DNA of 64,000 nt, from positions 14,799-78,798 of the forward strand of contig QEXY01000005.1 of the NCBI GenBank assembly GCA_003130875.1, given 5' to 3'. Source of the stretch: Ardenticatenia bacterium. Its GTDB lineage: Bacteria; Chloroflexota; Anaerolineae; 4572-78; NAK82. How positions within the stretch are numbered: position 1 is the stretch's first letter; each line of letters opens with the position of its first letter. The position numbers and the translations under genes were made by a program. The notes under the pieces were generated by a model. That model was not told where the DNA came from. It saw only the letters and a program-made list of their open reading frames with translations, and ran no database searches. This document shows, one piece after another, positions 10,453 to 21,123 of this stretch.

Positions 10453-11691
10453 TCACCCAATATTACCCAGCAAGCGTCGCAGCGACCCCCACCAATTTTC
10501 CGTGTCAGCCTCTTCCAGCTGGGTGGGTATGGGACGCATAGCGCGCTGATAGGCACCCAACACATCACCGCGTCCACTGCCTTGTGCGGTGGGCATCTCG
10601 TTGAGATCAAGAGCGCCTCCTAACAATGCGCGCTTCACATCTTCTGGTTTCAGGTTGGGATTCGCCTGCAAAAGCAGCGCCACAGCGCCGGTGGCGTGAG
10701 GGGTTGCCATGCTAGTGCCGGATAGCTCGGCATAATGGGGCTGTATTGGCCGTCCTACCCGGGCATTGGCGGCACGTGCTGAGACGATGCCTGTACCCGG
10801 AAAAACAATGTCCGGCTTCAGGCGGCCATCTAAAGTGGGACCGCGCGAGGAGAATTGGGCCACATGATCGGTGTCGTCTGCAGCGCCAACGGTGATCACG
10901 CGACGCGCGACGCCTGGAGCACCAATGGTGGAATTGGCAGGTCCATTGTTACCAGCCGCGACGCATATCACGATGCCGAGTTGACGCACCACCTGGTCAC
11001 ACAAGGTGGAAAGCGCATCGGAACCATCACCTGGTGTATCACCGCCCAACGACAGATTGATTACATGCACTTCTTGAGTCACCGCCCACTCGATTCCCGC
11101 CATTACATTGCTCATCAGACCATCACCGTTGGCATCCAGGACCTTGGCGACGTACAGGCTGGCTTCCGGCGCCACGCCGCGGAAGCGACCGTTGGAGACG
11201 GCGCCGCTTCCGGCGGCGATCCCTGCCACATGAGTGCCATGTCCATTGTCGTCACTGCCGTCACCACCCACAAAGCTGGTTATCGCTGCAATGCGTCCGG
11301 CGAAATCGGGGTGCTGAGGATCAATCCCGGTGTCCAAGATTGCGATGCGGATCCCTTCACCGCGCAATCCCAAGTTCCACACTTGAGGCGCACGGATGCG
11401 CGGCACAGACACATCTAAGCAAGTGTGCACCGGAAGATCAGGCCAGATGTACTCCACTGTATCGTCTTGGACCAATGTATCAAGATGCGCAGCTGGGATC
11501 TCCAAAGCGGTCGCCGAGACCAGACGGTATTGACGACGGATAGCGATCTCACCCGCCCTGAGGGCATGAGCGGCTGCGCTCATAAAGGCAGTGGGTTGCC
11601 GATGACGTACAATGATCCGGAGAGGTTGTGTTGTCGCAGCTGAGCGCATGCGCAGCTGCAGATCGGGTGAGATTTTATAGGTCATCATCAT
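10453..11691 (-). CDS. S8 (subtilisin-family) serine peptidase with an N-terminal I9-like propeptide
   Basis: The catalytic triad contexts are ILDTGID, HGTHVAG and GTSMATPH. I see no obvious signal peptide. Confidence 0.85.
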   Translation of the reverse strand: MMMTYKISPDLQLRMRSAATTQPLRIIVRHRQPTAFMSAAAHALRAGEIAIRRQYRLVSATALEIPAAHLDTLVQDDTVEYIWPDLPVHTCLDVSVPRIRAPQVWNLGLRGEGIRIAILDTGIDPQHPDFAGRIAAITSFVGGDGSDDNGHGTHVAGIAAGSGAVSNGRFRGVAPEASLYVAKVLDANGDGLMSNVMAGIEWAVTQEVHVINLSLGGDTPGDGSDALSTLCDQVVRQLGIVICVAAGNNGPANSTIGAPGVARRVITVGAADDTDHVAQFSSRGPTLDGRLKPDIVFPGTGIVSARAANARVGRPIQPHYAELSGTSMATPHATGAVALLLQANPNLKPEDVKRALLGGALDLNEMPTAQGSGRGDVLGAYQRAMRPIPTQLEEADTENWWGSLRRLLGNIG

Positions 11692-11703
11692 TTCTCCTGC
11701 GCT

Positions 11704-12009
11704 TTACATCGCGGCGACAGGGTGGTCTTCTTCAATGCGAAGGACCCATGCTTCGTCCAGTAGAGACAAAGCGGCACGTGCACGCCCCCGCACAGATACT
11801 CCTGGCAGGAGACGGAACTGATGTCCCACGGCAAAGCCTAACTCGGCAAGCCGGGGTAGATAACGTGCCGGGTCCCCATCGGTACGCACGATCAACGCCA
11901 CGATACTGTCAGGAGACGCTCCCAACTTCTGATGTAATGCCGGCGCCATTTTTTCCATAATAACCTCTCCGTCGCACATCTGTGCCAAATACTCTTCAAA
12001 TCTAATCAT
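11704..12009 (-). CDS. Small stand-alone I9-propeptide-like protein (possible protease chaperone or inhibitor)
   Basis: 101 aa, located 12 nt upstream of the S8 gene. The segment IVALIVRTDG...LLPGVSVRGRARAALSLLDEAWVLRIEEDHPV resembles the inhibitor_I9 pattern. Confidence 0.5.
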   Translation of the reverse strand: MIRFEEYLAQMCDGEVIMEKMAPALHQKLGASPDSIVALIVRTDGDPARYLPRLAELGFAVGHQFRLLPGVSVRGRARAALSLLDEAWVLRIEEDHPVAAM

Positions 12010-12273
12010 ACTATAGTAACTCTAGCTATGTCAATGAATGTAGTGCTTGTGTCCAGAGATCGTTACCAGGTGATGGACGCAAACCCTGCCTCAATGGGGA
12101 AGGCATCATCCATAGCTGAACCAGCTCGACAGGAAGGTGTACACAATAAACGCCATGCAAATGAGAAAACTATTAATGGGATGTCGAGAACATTCACTCC
12201 ACATTTATTCATCACACCATTTTCCTACCAAAATATGAGTGGACGAAAGATTTTTAACGCCTCAGGTCAGCTC

Positions 12274-12301
12274 TTGACAATTAGAACGAATGTGCTATGA
12301 T
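12274..12301 (+). promoter_or_regulatory. Sigma70-like promoter (TTGACA, 16-nt spacer, TATGAT) with an embedded Cheo/LexA-box-like AGAACGAATGTGCT
   Basis: TTGACA is at 12274-12279 and TATGAT at 12296-12301. GAAC-N4-GTGC at 12283-12296 is one mismatch from GAAC-N4-GTTC. Confidence 0.4.
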
Positions 12302-13477
12302 AGAGATGTGCAGATCGTACGTGTACCTGACGCCCGGGAAAAGATTGAGCTCCTCAGCCGACTGGCCGTGCTGGAGTGTGATGGTGATCAGTGCGCAAAG
12401 GTGGTGACGCGTGCCAAAGTAGACTTTCTGCACACTGGCATCGTGCAGGTGCAACGACCCGAAGGCCCAATCCCTGTGCTACGCACGATGCAGAGCAGCG
12501 TTTGCGAACGCAATTGTCACTATTGTGCATTTCGCGCCGGGCACGACGGGGTGCCGCGTCTCAAACTAACACCGGAAGAGCTGGCACGCGCCTTCGACGC
12601 AATGCAACGAGCGGGTATTGTTCGTGGCCTTTTCCTCAGCAGTGGACTGGTCGGCGGAGGCACCCGTACAATGGAACCGATGCTGACGACAGTGGAATTG
12701 CTACGCCGCAAGTATATGTATCGCGGTTACGTCCACTTGAAAATCATGCCAGGTGCTGAGGAAGCTCAAATCGAACAGGCAGTGCACTTGGCCGACCGTG
12801 TCTCAGTCAACTTGGAAGGACCTGATCCCGTACACCTGGCCACCATTGCTCCACAAAAGAATTTTGAGATGGAGCTACTAGCCGCACTGCAACGGGTACA
12901 TCGGTTGGTGCAGGTGACACCACCCGGCCGACGTTCACCAAGCTTGGTGACCCAGTTTGTGGTAGGTCCTGCAGGAGAGAGTGACCGTGATCTGCTGAGC
13001 ACAGCCAGCCGCCTCTATCGAGAGGTAGGGTTGTCACGGGCTTACTATTCCGCTTTCAGCCCGGTGCCAGGGACGCCACTCGACCACTTACCTCCCACAC
13101 CATTGCGACGTGAGCACCGTTTATATCAGGCCGATTGGTTGATACGCTTCTATGGATTTGCTGTGGAGGAGCTCCCTTTCGATCCCGAGGGCAAATTGCC
13201 TATGGATGTGGATCCCAAGCTGGCATGGGCACGCGCTCATCTCGCGCAGCAACCGGTGGAGGTCAATCGCTGCAGTCGCCCACAGCTATTGCGCGTGCCG
13301 GGCATCGGTCCGCGCACCGCGGATGCTATTTTGGAAGCACGTCGTCGTGGCAGGCTGCGCGATCTATCTGACTTGCGTGCGTTGGGCGTATCGATCAGTC
13401 GTGCAGCACCGTTTATTCTGCTTGATGGGCATCGGCCACCCTATCAGCTGCGCTTGTGGAATGTTGATAAACCTTGA
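12290..13477 (+). CDS. Putative DNA modification/repair radical SAM protein (TIGR03916-like) with a C-terminal helix-hairpin-helix
   Basis: It has the CX3CX2C cluster CERNCHYC, then REHRLYQADWLIRFYGF and LLRVPGIGPRTADAILEARRRGRL. The start is ambiguous between ATG 12290 and GTG 12308. Confidence 0.8.
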   Translation: MCYDRDVQIVRVPDAREKIELLSRLAVLECDGDQCAKVVTRAKVDFLHTGIVQVQRPEGPIPVLRTMQSSVCERNCHYCAFRAGHDGVPRLKLTPEELARAFDAMQRAGIVRGLFLSSGLVGGGTRTMEPMLTTVELLRRKYMYRGYVHLKIMPGAEEAQIEQAVHLADRVSVNLEGPDPVHLATIAPQKNFEMELLAALQRVHRLVQVTPPGRRSPSLVTQFVVGPAGESDRDLLSTASRLYREVGLSRAYYSAFSPVPGTPLDHLPPTPLRREHRLYQADWLIRFYGFAVEELPFDPEGKLPMDVDPKLAWARAHLAQQPVEVNRCSRPQLLRVPGIGPRTADAILEARRRGRLRDLSDLRALGVSISRAAPFILLDGHRPPYQLRLWNVDKP

Positions 13478-13514
13478 TGCGGCTACCACGGACCGAGAAA
13501 CTGGTAACACGTAG

Positions 13515-15996
<2,482 letters not shown>

Positions 15997-16097
15997 GAGA
16001 CAACCCCCTCCTTCTTCAGCCGACCTACCACCTCAATACTTCTCCCGCCCCCTTGCTATCCATCTCCGTGAGGCTGTACGTCTGGATCGGAGTGATC

Positions 16098-16139
16098 TAT
16101 CCCAAAGGGATATCCCAAACTATCCCAAATTATCCCAAA
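16098..16139 (+). repeat. Four direct copies of TATCCCAAA; the last three are exactly 10 bp apart
   Basis: Copies lie at 16098-16106, 16111-16119, 16121-16129 and 16131-16139. TTAACTG (16143-16149) and TATAAT (16159-16164) follow, upstream of pcm. Confidence 0.7.
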
Positions 16140-16220
16140 CACTTAACTGATAGGTGGATATAATGCTGACTAGCCAGCACAGCTTGCTGGGTTAGGGATT
16201 ATATGGTTACATGAAATTTA

Positions 16221-16916
16221 ATGACCCCCTGGAGATTGCCAGCCGTGGCGGATAGTTTCAGTTTTGAAGAAGCGCGCAAGCGCATGGTTGAGCAACAGCT
16301 GGTACGACGCGGCATTAAAGATGAGCGTGTGCTACAGGTGATGCGTGAAGTCCCTCGTCACCGTTTCGTGCCTCCCAATATATGGAGCATGGCATATCAG
16401 GATCACCCCCTGCCTATCGGGCTTGGACAGACGATTTCTCAGCCCTATATCGTAGCTTATATGACCGAACAGCTGGAGCTCGAACCGCATGATCGGGTAC
16501 TTGAGATAGGCACGGGGTCGGGTTATCAGGCGGCGATCCTCAGCCGTCTAGCAGAACGCGTGTACACGATCGAGCGCTTGCCTGAGCTATCCGAGCGGGC
16601 GCAACGCATATTACAAGAGCTGGGCTATGACAACATCGAATATCGTGTGGGAGATGGCAGTCAAGGCTGGCCTGAGGAAGCACCCTTTGACGCGATCATC
16701 GTGACCGCAGCGGCACCTGAGCCACCACCCCCGCTTATTGAACAGCTGGCCGACGGTGCCCATCTTGTGATCCCCATCGGACCAACCGGCTATCAGGATT
16801 TAATGCGTATCACGCGTCACGGTTCTCATCTGCGCACTGAGTATCTCACACCGGTGGCTTTTGTCCCTCTGATCGGCGCATATGGCTACGCCGATTCGGA
16901 CGAGAATCATGGGTGA
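16221..16916 (+). CDS. pcm: Protein-L-isoaspartate O-methyltransferase
   Basis: It has QTISQPYIVAYM, the SAM motif VLEIGTGSGYQAA and the typical length. Confidence 0.9.
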   Translation: MTPWRLPAVADSFSFEEARKRMVEQQLVRRGIKDERVLQVMREVPRHRFVPPNIWSMAYQDHPLPIGLGQTISQPYIVAYMTEQLELEPHDRVLEIGTGSGYQAAILSRLAERVYTIERLPELSERAQRILQELGYDNIEYRVGDGSQGWPEEAPFDAIIVTAAAPEPPPPLIEQLADGAHLVIPIGPTGYQDLMRITRHGSHLRTEYLTPVAFVPLIGAYGYADSDENHG

Positions 16917-16931
16917 CGACAGCGTTACCTG

Positions 16932-18017
16932 TTATCGGCGCTGTTCGTGTGTCCACCAACGTCCTGGAATAGCTGTTTGACACTTCGGGCAGCGTCCATC
17001 AGAGGTGATGTTGTAAGACTCGATCCAATAGCCATAACGTACCACCAGCGCAGTGCGGCATTGCGGGCACCAAGTGGTCTCCCATTGGGGCAGGTGTCCG
17101 GGAATGTTGCCTACATAGACAAAATGTAGTCCGGCTTGTACCCCGATCTCTGCAGCGCGCAATAGCGTACGGGGTGGTGTGTTATCTGTATCACGCATTT
17201 TATAGTCACGATGAAACGCGGTGACGTGCCACGGAATATCGGGCGAGACGCTGGCGATGAAATTGGCAGTCTCACGCAACTCGGCATCTGAGTCGTTGAA
17301 ACCGGGGATCACCAACGTCACCACTTCCACCCAAAAGCCGCGTTGATGTAGCCCCTCAATTGTCGCCAACACGTGACGCAGCTGACCGCCCATACGACGA
17401 TAGTTCTCCTGGCGCATGCTCTTCAAATCCACTTTGTAACAGTCTGTCACCGAGCGCAGGTAGTCGAGCACCTCGGGGGTAGCATGACCATTGGAGACAA
17501 AACCGGTGAGCAATCCTGCCTGCTTGGCCAGCTTGAAAATAGCTGCCGCCCATTCCGCCGTGATCAGCGGTTCATTATAAGAGCTGATCACCGCGCGCGA
17601 ACCGCTCTGAAGCGCCAGATCGATCACCTGCTCAGCAGTTATGGGACGTGGTGGCACCCCGGCCGCTTCATCGCGCAATGCTTGGGTGGTCAGCCAGTTT
17701 TGGCAGAAAGGACAGTGAAAATCACAGCCTAGCATGCCAAATGTCAAAGCTGTCGCGCCGGGCAGCACATGATAGAGGGGTTTCTTCTCAATCGGATCTG
17801 GATTGAGCCCCACCGTATAGCCGTAAGGGACATACAGTGTACCCGCGCGATTGAAGCGTACCTGACAGATGCCGCGTTGTCCGTCCCGGATCAGACAACG
17901 ATGCGCGCACGCAAAGCAGCGCACTTTATCCCCTTCCAGCTTTTCATACAGCTCACCAGGTGCCGTCAGGCGATCAATCTGCTCAGCCAAATTTGCTACG
18001 CGCATAACTAGCTCCAT
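16932..18017 (-). CDS. amrS: AmmeMemoRadiSam system radical SAM enzyme
   Basis: It has VRCFACAHRCLIRDGQRGIC, EKKPLYHVLPG and the cluster CDFHCPFCQNW. A C-terminal Cys-rich tail is present. Confidence 0.85.
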   Translation of the reverse strand: MELVMRVANLAEQIDRLTAPGELYEKLEGDKVRCFACAHRCLIRDGQRGICQVRFNRAGTLYVPYGYTVGLNPDPIEKKPLYHVLPGATALTFGMLGCDFHCPFCQNWLTTQALRDEAAGVPPRPITAEQVIDLALQSGSRAVISSYNEPLITAEWAAAIFKLAKQAGLLTGFVSNGHATPEVLDYLRSVTDCYKVDLKSMRQENYRRMGGQLRHVLATIEGLHQRGFWVEVVTLVIPGFNDSDAELRETANFIASVSPDIPWHVTAFHRDYKMRDTDNTPPRTLLRAAEIGVQAGLHFVYVGNIPGHLPQWETTWCPQCRTALVVRYGYWIESYNITSDGRCPKCQTAIPGRWWTHEQRR

Positions 18018-18166
18018 TTTTTGTAGAACAACAACTCCGAATTTTCTATCAGAAATGCATTATACTAGGAGCGATAGAGAGAAAAAATTCACCCCTCGTG
18101 TCCTGGTCTTTCGATGGTCAGCGGCGAAGCTCTACCGCGAAGGATACACCTTTCGCATTGGCTGGT

Positions 18167-18195
18167 TTGACATGCCACATTAGAGCATCTATACT
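18167..18195 (+). promoter_or_regulatory. Near-consensus sigma70-like promoter: TTGACA, 17-nt spacer, TATACT
   Basis: TTGACA is at 18167-18172 and TATACT at 18190-18195. This predicts a leader of about 90 nt before the 18289 ORF. Confidence 0.5.
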
Positions 18196-18288
18196 CTTCT
18201 CATTCATAATGAGGTCATCTTGTGACGGTCTGAAACCCGTGGCTGTGAAGGCACACCACCAAGGGGAACAGGGTTTCGCGACCGGGGG

Positions 18289-19245
18289 ATGAAGGAGATG
18301 CTTATGGTGTCCCTCTTGCTTGCGATTGTGGCAGTGGGATGTCTGCTGCTCATGTTTCTCCTCCTCGGTATGGCATCCCGTTCTATAAGCGAAGCGCGTT
18401 CCAGCATCTTTCCAATTGTTCGAGAGGAAGGCCTGGCGCGAGCGCGACGTGCCCGTTTCGGCGCAGCGATTGCGGCGTTGATTGCAGTTGGCACGGCACT
18501 GAGCTTCTTCGGATATGCTCAGCCTGTCCTGCCCGAGCTTCACGTCGACCTCTCCCAGGAAGTGGCGTGGCTAGCAGAAGCGCTAACCATCAAAGCACCC
18601 GTTGTGCAAACGGCACCTTCTGAAACTTCGGCATCGGTAGGAGGAGCGAATCTGGATACTGCCGTTCCGACGCCCACCCAGATTGCCTCTGTAGCAATGC
18701 GCACGGCCACGCCCATGCCGACGCAGCCATCTCAACCATCTCCGACTGCGACACATTCGCCCACACCGACGTTCTCGCCTACCGCGATGCCTGAGCCTCC
18801 AACGCCTACACCGACTTCGTCAGCCACTCCTACGCCGACGCCTGAGGCCACCCCGACGTCGACCCCCGTGCGGTCGCCTGTGCCGCCTCCGCCCAGTGTT
18901 GCCCTAGGGCCCATCACCTTTGCTGCCGAGATTGATGACCGTCGGATGCCCATCAGCCCCACGCAAGTTTTTTCCAACACGGTGAGGCGAATCTATGCCG
19001 TGTTCCCATTCCAGGGTATGCGCAAGGGGGTGCCGTGGACACAGGTTTGGTACTATAACGGGATGGAATTCCTGCGTGAAGAGGGTGTCTGGGAATGGGG
19101 GTCGCAGGACCGTTCCTATGTATTTATCAAACCGGTGGGCGCCGGTACATACCGGCTTGAACTGTATGTCAGCACCCAGCTCCTGGCCAGCGGCGAGTTC
19201 ACTGTGCTCGGACCGGCCGCCATCGGTGGCCCCTATAATCCGTAA
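18289..19245 (+). CDS. Hypothetical membrane-anchored protein with a Pro/Thr-rich linker and a C-terminal globular domain
   Basis: It has an N-terminal TM helix, a long PT-rich tract (PTPTFSPTAMPEPPTPTPTSSATPTPTPEATPTSTP) and a conserved-looking C-terminus. The true start may be ATG 18304, which has a better SD spacing. Confidence 0.55.
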   Translation: MKEMLMVSLLLAIVAVGCLLLMFLLLGMASRSISEARSSIFPIVREEGLARARRARFGAAIAALIAVGTALSFFGYAQPVLPELHVDLSQEVAWLAEALTIKAPVVQTAPSETSASVGGANLDTAVPTPTQIASVAMRTATPMPTQPSQPSPTATHSPTPTFSPTAMPEPPTPTPTSSATPTPTPEATPTSTPVRSPVPPPPSVALGPITFAAEIDDRRMPISPTQVFSNTVRRIYAVFPFQGMRKGVPWTQVWYYNGMEFLREEGVWEWGSQDRSYVFIKPVGAGTYRLELYVSTQLLASGEFTVLGPAAIGGPYNP

Positions 19246-19267
19246 GTCACTTCAGCAAGCAAAGATC

Positions 19268-20359
19268 GTGCTCGTCCACGACTGGCTCAACCAGCTCGGG
19301 GGCGCTGAACTGGTCCTGGAAACCTTGGTCGAGATGTTTCCAGGTGCTCCTGTCTTTACCACGATGTACTGGCGCGAAGGAATGCCAGAACGTTATCGGT
19401 CTTGGGACATCCGTCCTACATGGTTGAATCGAGCACCTGGCATCTACCGCTATCATCAAGCGTATCTCCTGCTCTATCCATTTGCTGTGCGCAGTATGGA
19501 CGTGCGGGGATATGATCTGGTGATTTCCAACAAAAGTGGATTCTGTCACGGTGTGCGTACCGAGCGGGATCAGCTCCACATCGACTATTGCCTGACCCCG
19601 ACCCGCTATGTGTGGGATTATGACGCCTATATCAGCCGCGAGGAAATCAGTGTCGTAGCGCGTGTTGCACTGCGACCTCTGATCCGGTGGCTGCGCGAAT
19701 GGGACAGGCGTGCGGCAGATGGGGTGAACCACTTCGTGGCAATTTCTCGGGAAGTTCAGCAGCGCATTGCACGCTATTATGCGCGCGACTCGGTCATTAT
19801 TTATCCGCCTGTGCGTACGGAGCGTTACCACCCTTCCGAGGCGCCACCAGGTGATTACTACTTGATTGTGTCTCGTCTCGTGCCCTACAAGCGAATCGAT
19901 CTGGCAGTGCAAGCCTTTACCCGGTTGCGTCGTCGGCTCATCGTGGTGGGAGACGGCCGTGATCGGGCAACACTGCAGCGCCTCGCCGGTCCCACTATTC
20001 AGTTCACCGGACGCCTATCCGAGCGGGAGGTTGCACATTTGCTGGCCCACTGTAAGGCATTTGTCTTCCCGGGCTGCGAGGATTTCGGCATCGCACCGGT
20101 GGAAGCTCAGGCAGCTGGACGGCCCGTCATCGCCTACGCTGGTGGCGGGGCTCTGGACACCGTCATCGATGGGGAGACAGGTGTGCTGTTTCCTGAGCAG
20201 ACGGTCGAATCCCTGGTCGAGGCAGTGCACCGACTGGACGCGATGCGGTTTGATCCAGTGCATCTGCACCTCCATGCCCAACGCTTCGGTGTCGAACGCT
20301 TCAAACAGGAGTTGCTGGCTTTCGTCGCGCGGTGCTGGGAAGAGTTCCATATACGCTAG
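19268..20359 (+). CDS. GT4-family (GT-B) glycosyltransferase
   Basis: I trimmed the 18995 ORF to the in-frame GTG at 19268, just after the upstream stop. It has KIVLVHDWLNQLGGAE and the E-x7-E region EDFGIAPVEAQAAGRPVIA. Confidence 0.8.
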   Translation: MLVHDWLNQLGGAELVLETLVEMFPGAPVFTTMYWREGMPERYRSWDIRPTWLNRAPGIYRYHQAYLLLYPFAVRSMDVRGYDLVISNKSGFCHGVRTERDQLHIDYCLTPTRYVWDYDAYISREEISVVARVALRPLIRWLREWDRRAADGVNHFVAISREVQQRIARYYARDSVIIYPPVRTERYHPSEAPPGDYYLIVSRLVPYKRIDLAVQAFTRLRRRLIVVGDGRDRATLQRLAGPTIQFTGRLSEREVAHLLAHCKAFVFPGCEDFGIAPVEAQAAGRPVIAYAGGGALDTVIDGETGVLFPEQTVESLVEAVHRLDAMRFDPVHLHLHAQRFGVERFKQELLAFVARCWEEFHIR

Positions 20360-20405
20360 TTTGACGGAATGCACGAAATTATCTACACTCCCGTATGAGC
20401 ATCCT

Positions 20406-21089
20406 ATGGAACTTCGGCAATACGCAGCCATCATCCGGAAACGTTTCTGGTTGCCTTTAGGGCTGTCGGCGGTGGTTTTGCTTATCAGCCTTGTGCTGCG
20501 CCAACCCGGGATACCCCAATTTGCAGCATCAGCACGGGTGTTAGTGGATGTGCCGCCGCTACAGCAAGTGGAAGGGATGGGGTTTGATCCAAGGCTCACT
20601 GCTCCGCAGGCGACCGAATACCTGGTGGATGACTTCAGCGCTTTTGTGACCGGGGATGTGGTGGCACGTATGATCAGTGAGCGGCTGGCTGCACAGGGTG
20701 TCGCGGTGCCGCCTGGCATCATTCAGAGCTCCACATCCTCACAACAAGTCCACCGCGTAGTGGAAATTCAGGTTACGTGGAGCGATCCAGATCAAGCGCG
20801 TGCTATCCTCCAGGCGGCGATCGAGGTGTTACAGCAAGAATCTCCTGCCTATTTTGGCCGCCTGGGGACTCTGCAACCTGTGGTTCGCCTCTTTGACGGA
20901 CCACGCGTCGCGCCACTGCCACCCAGCCTTACGCAACGGCTCGACCTGCCAGTGCGTTTGCTTCTGGCTGTGTTGGTAGGCGTGGCGCTGTGCTTCTTGC
21001 TGGACTATCTGGACGACAGCGTGAGGAACAAGTCGGAATTAGAGGCGATGGGGATCAGTGTGTTGGCCGAGGTGCCCGGCCGGTGGTGA
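20406..21089 (+). CDS. Wzz/PCP-like polysaccharide co-polymerase (transmembrane modulator), copy 1
   Basis: I trimmed the 19866 ORF to ATG 20406 (MELRQYAAIIRKRFWLPLGL...). It has N- and C-terminal TM helices flanking a soluble domain. Confidence 0.65.
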   Translation: MELRQYAAIIRKRFWLPLGLSAVVLLISLVLRQPGIPQFAASARVLVDVPPLQQVEGMGFDPRLTAPQATEYLVDDFSAFVTGDVVARMISERLAAQGVAVPPGIIQSSTSSQQVHRVVEIQVTWSDPDQARAILQAAIEVLQQESPAYFGRLGTLQPVVRLFDGPRVAPLPPSLTQRLDLPVRLLLAVLVGVALCFLLDYLDDSVRNKSELEAMGISVLAEVPGRW

Positions 21090-21123
21090 TGTTATTATTT
21101 CGTAGCAGGAGTGTATTTTCATT

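Noticed and set aside
12028-12300. A 90-aa ORF in the AT-rich spacer upstream of the radical SAM gene
   Set aside because: It has no SD, no recognisable motif and a composition atypical of this genome's proteins. It overlaps the predicted promoter, so I treat it as non-coding spacer. A small accessory protein cannot be fully excluded.
16098-16139. The TATCCCAAA repeats as a possible CRISPR array or replication iterons
   Set aside because: The units are only 9 bp with 1-4 bp spacers, which is far too short for CRISPR. No replication initiator or partition genes are nearby. I kept them as a probable transcription-factor site array instead.
18650-18900. Repetitive CCGAC/GCC-rich DNA here and at 24120-24300 and 51395-51440; I considered whether it might be tandem repeats or a CRISPR-like array
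   Set aside because: These stretches encode Pro/Thr-rich linkers inside three good ORFs. There is no fixed repeat and spacer periodicity, so this is low-complexity coding sequence and not an array.
18995-19267. The N-terminal 91 codons of the 454-aa ORF that overlaps the upstream membrane-protein gene
   Set aside because: The GT4 homology starts at KIVLVHDW. The upstream part overlaps the 18289-19245 gene in another frame and looks like non-coding read-through, so I moved the start to GTG 19268. Similar trimming was applied at 19866->20406, 21791->21890, 30924->31047, 5890->5968, 36169->35929, 45355->45286, 32916->32850 and 42196->42127.
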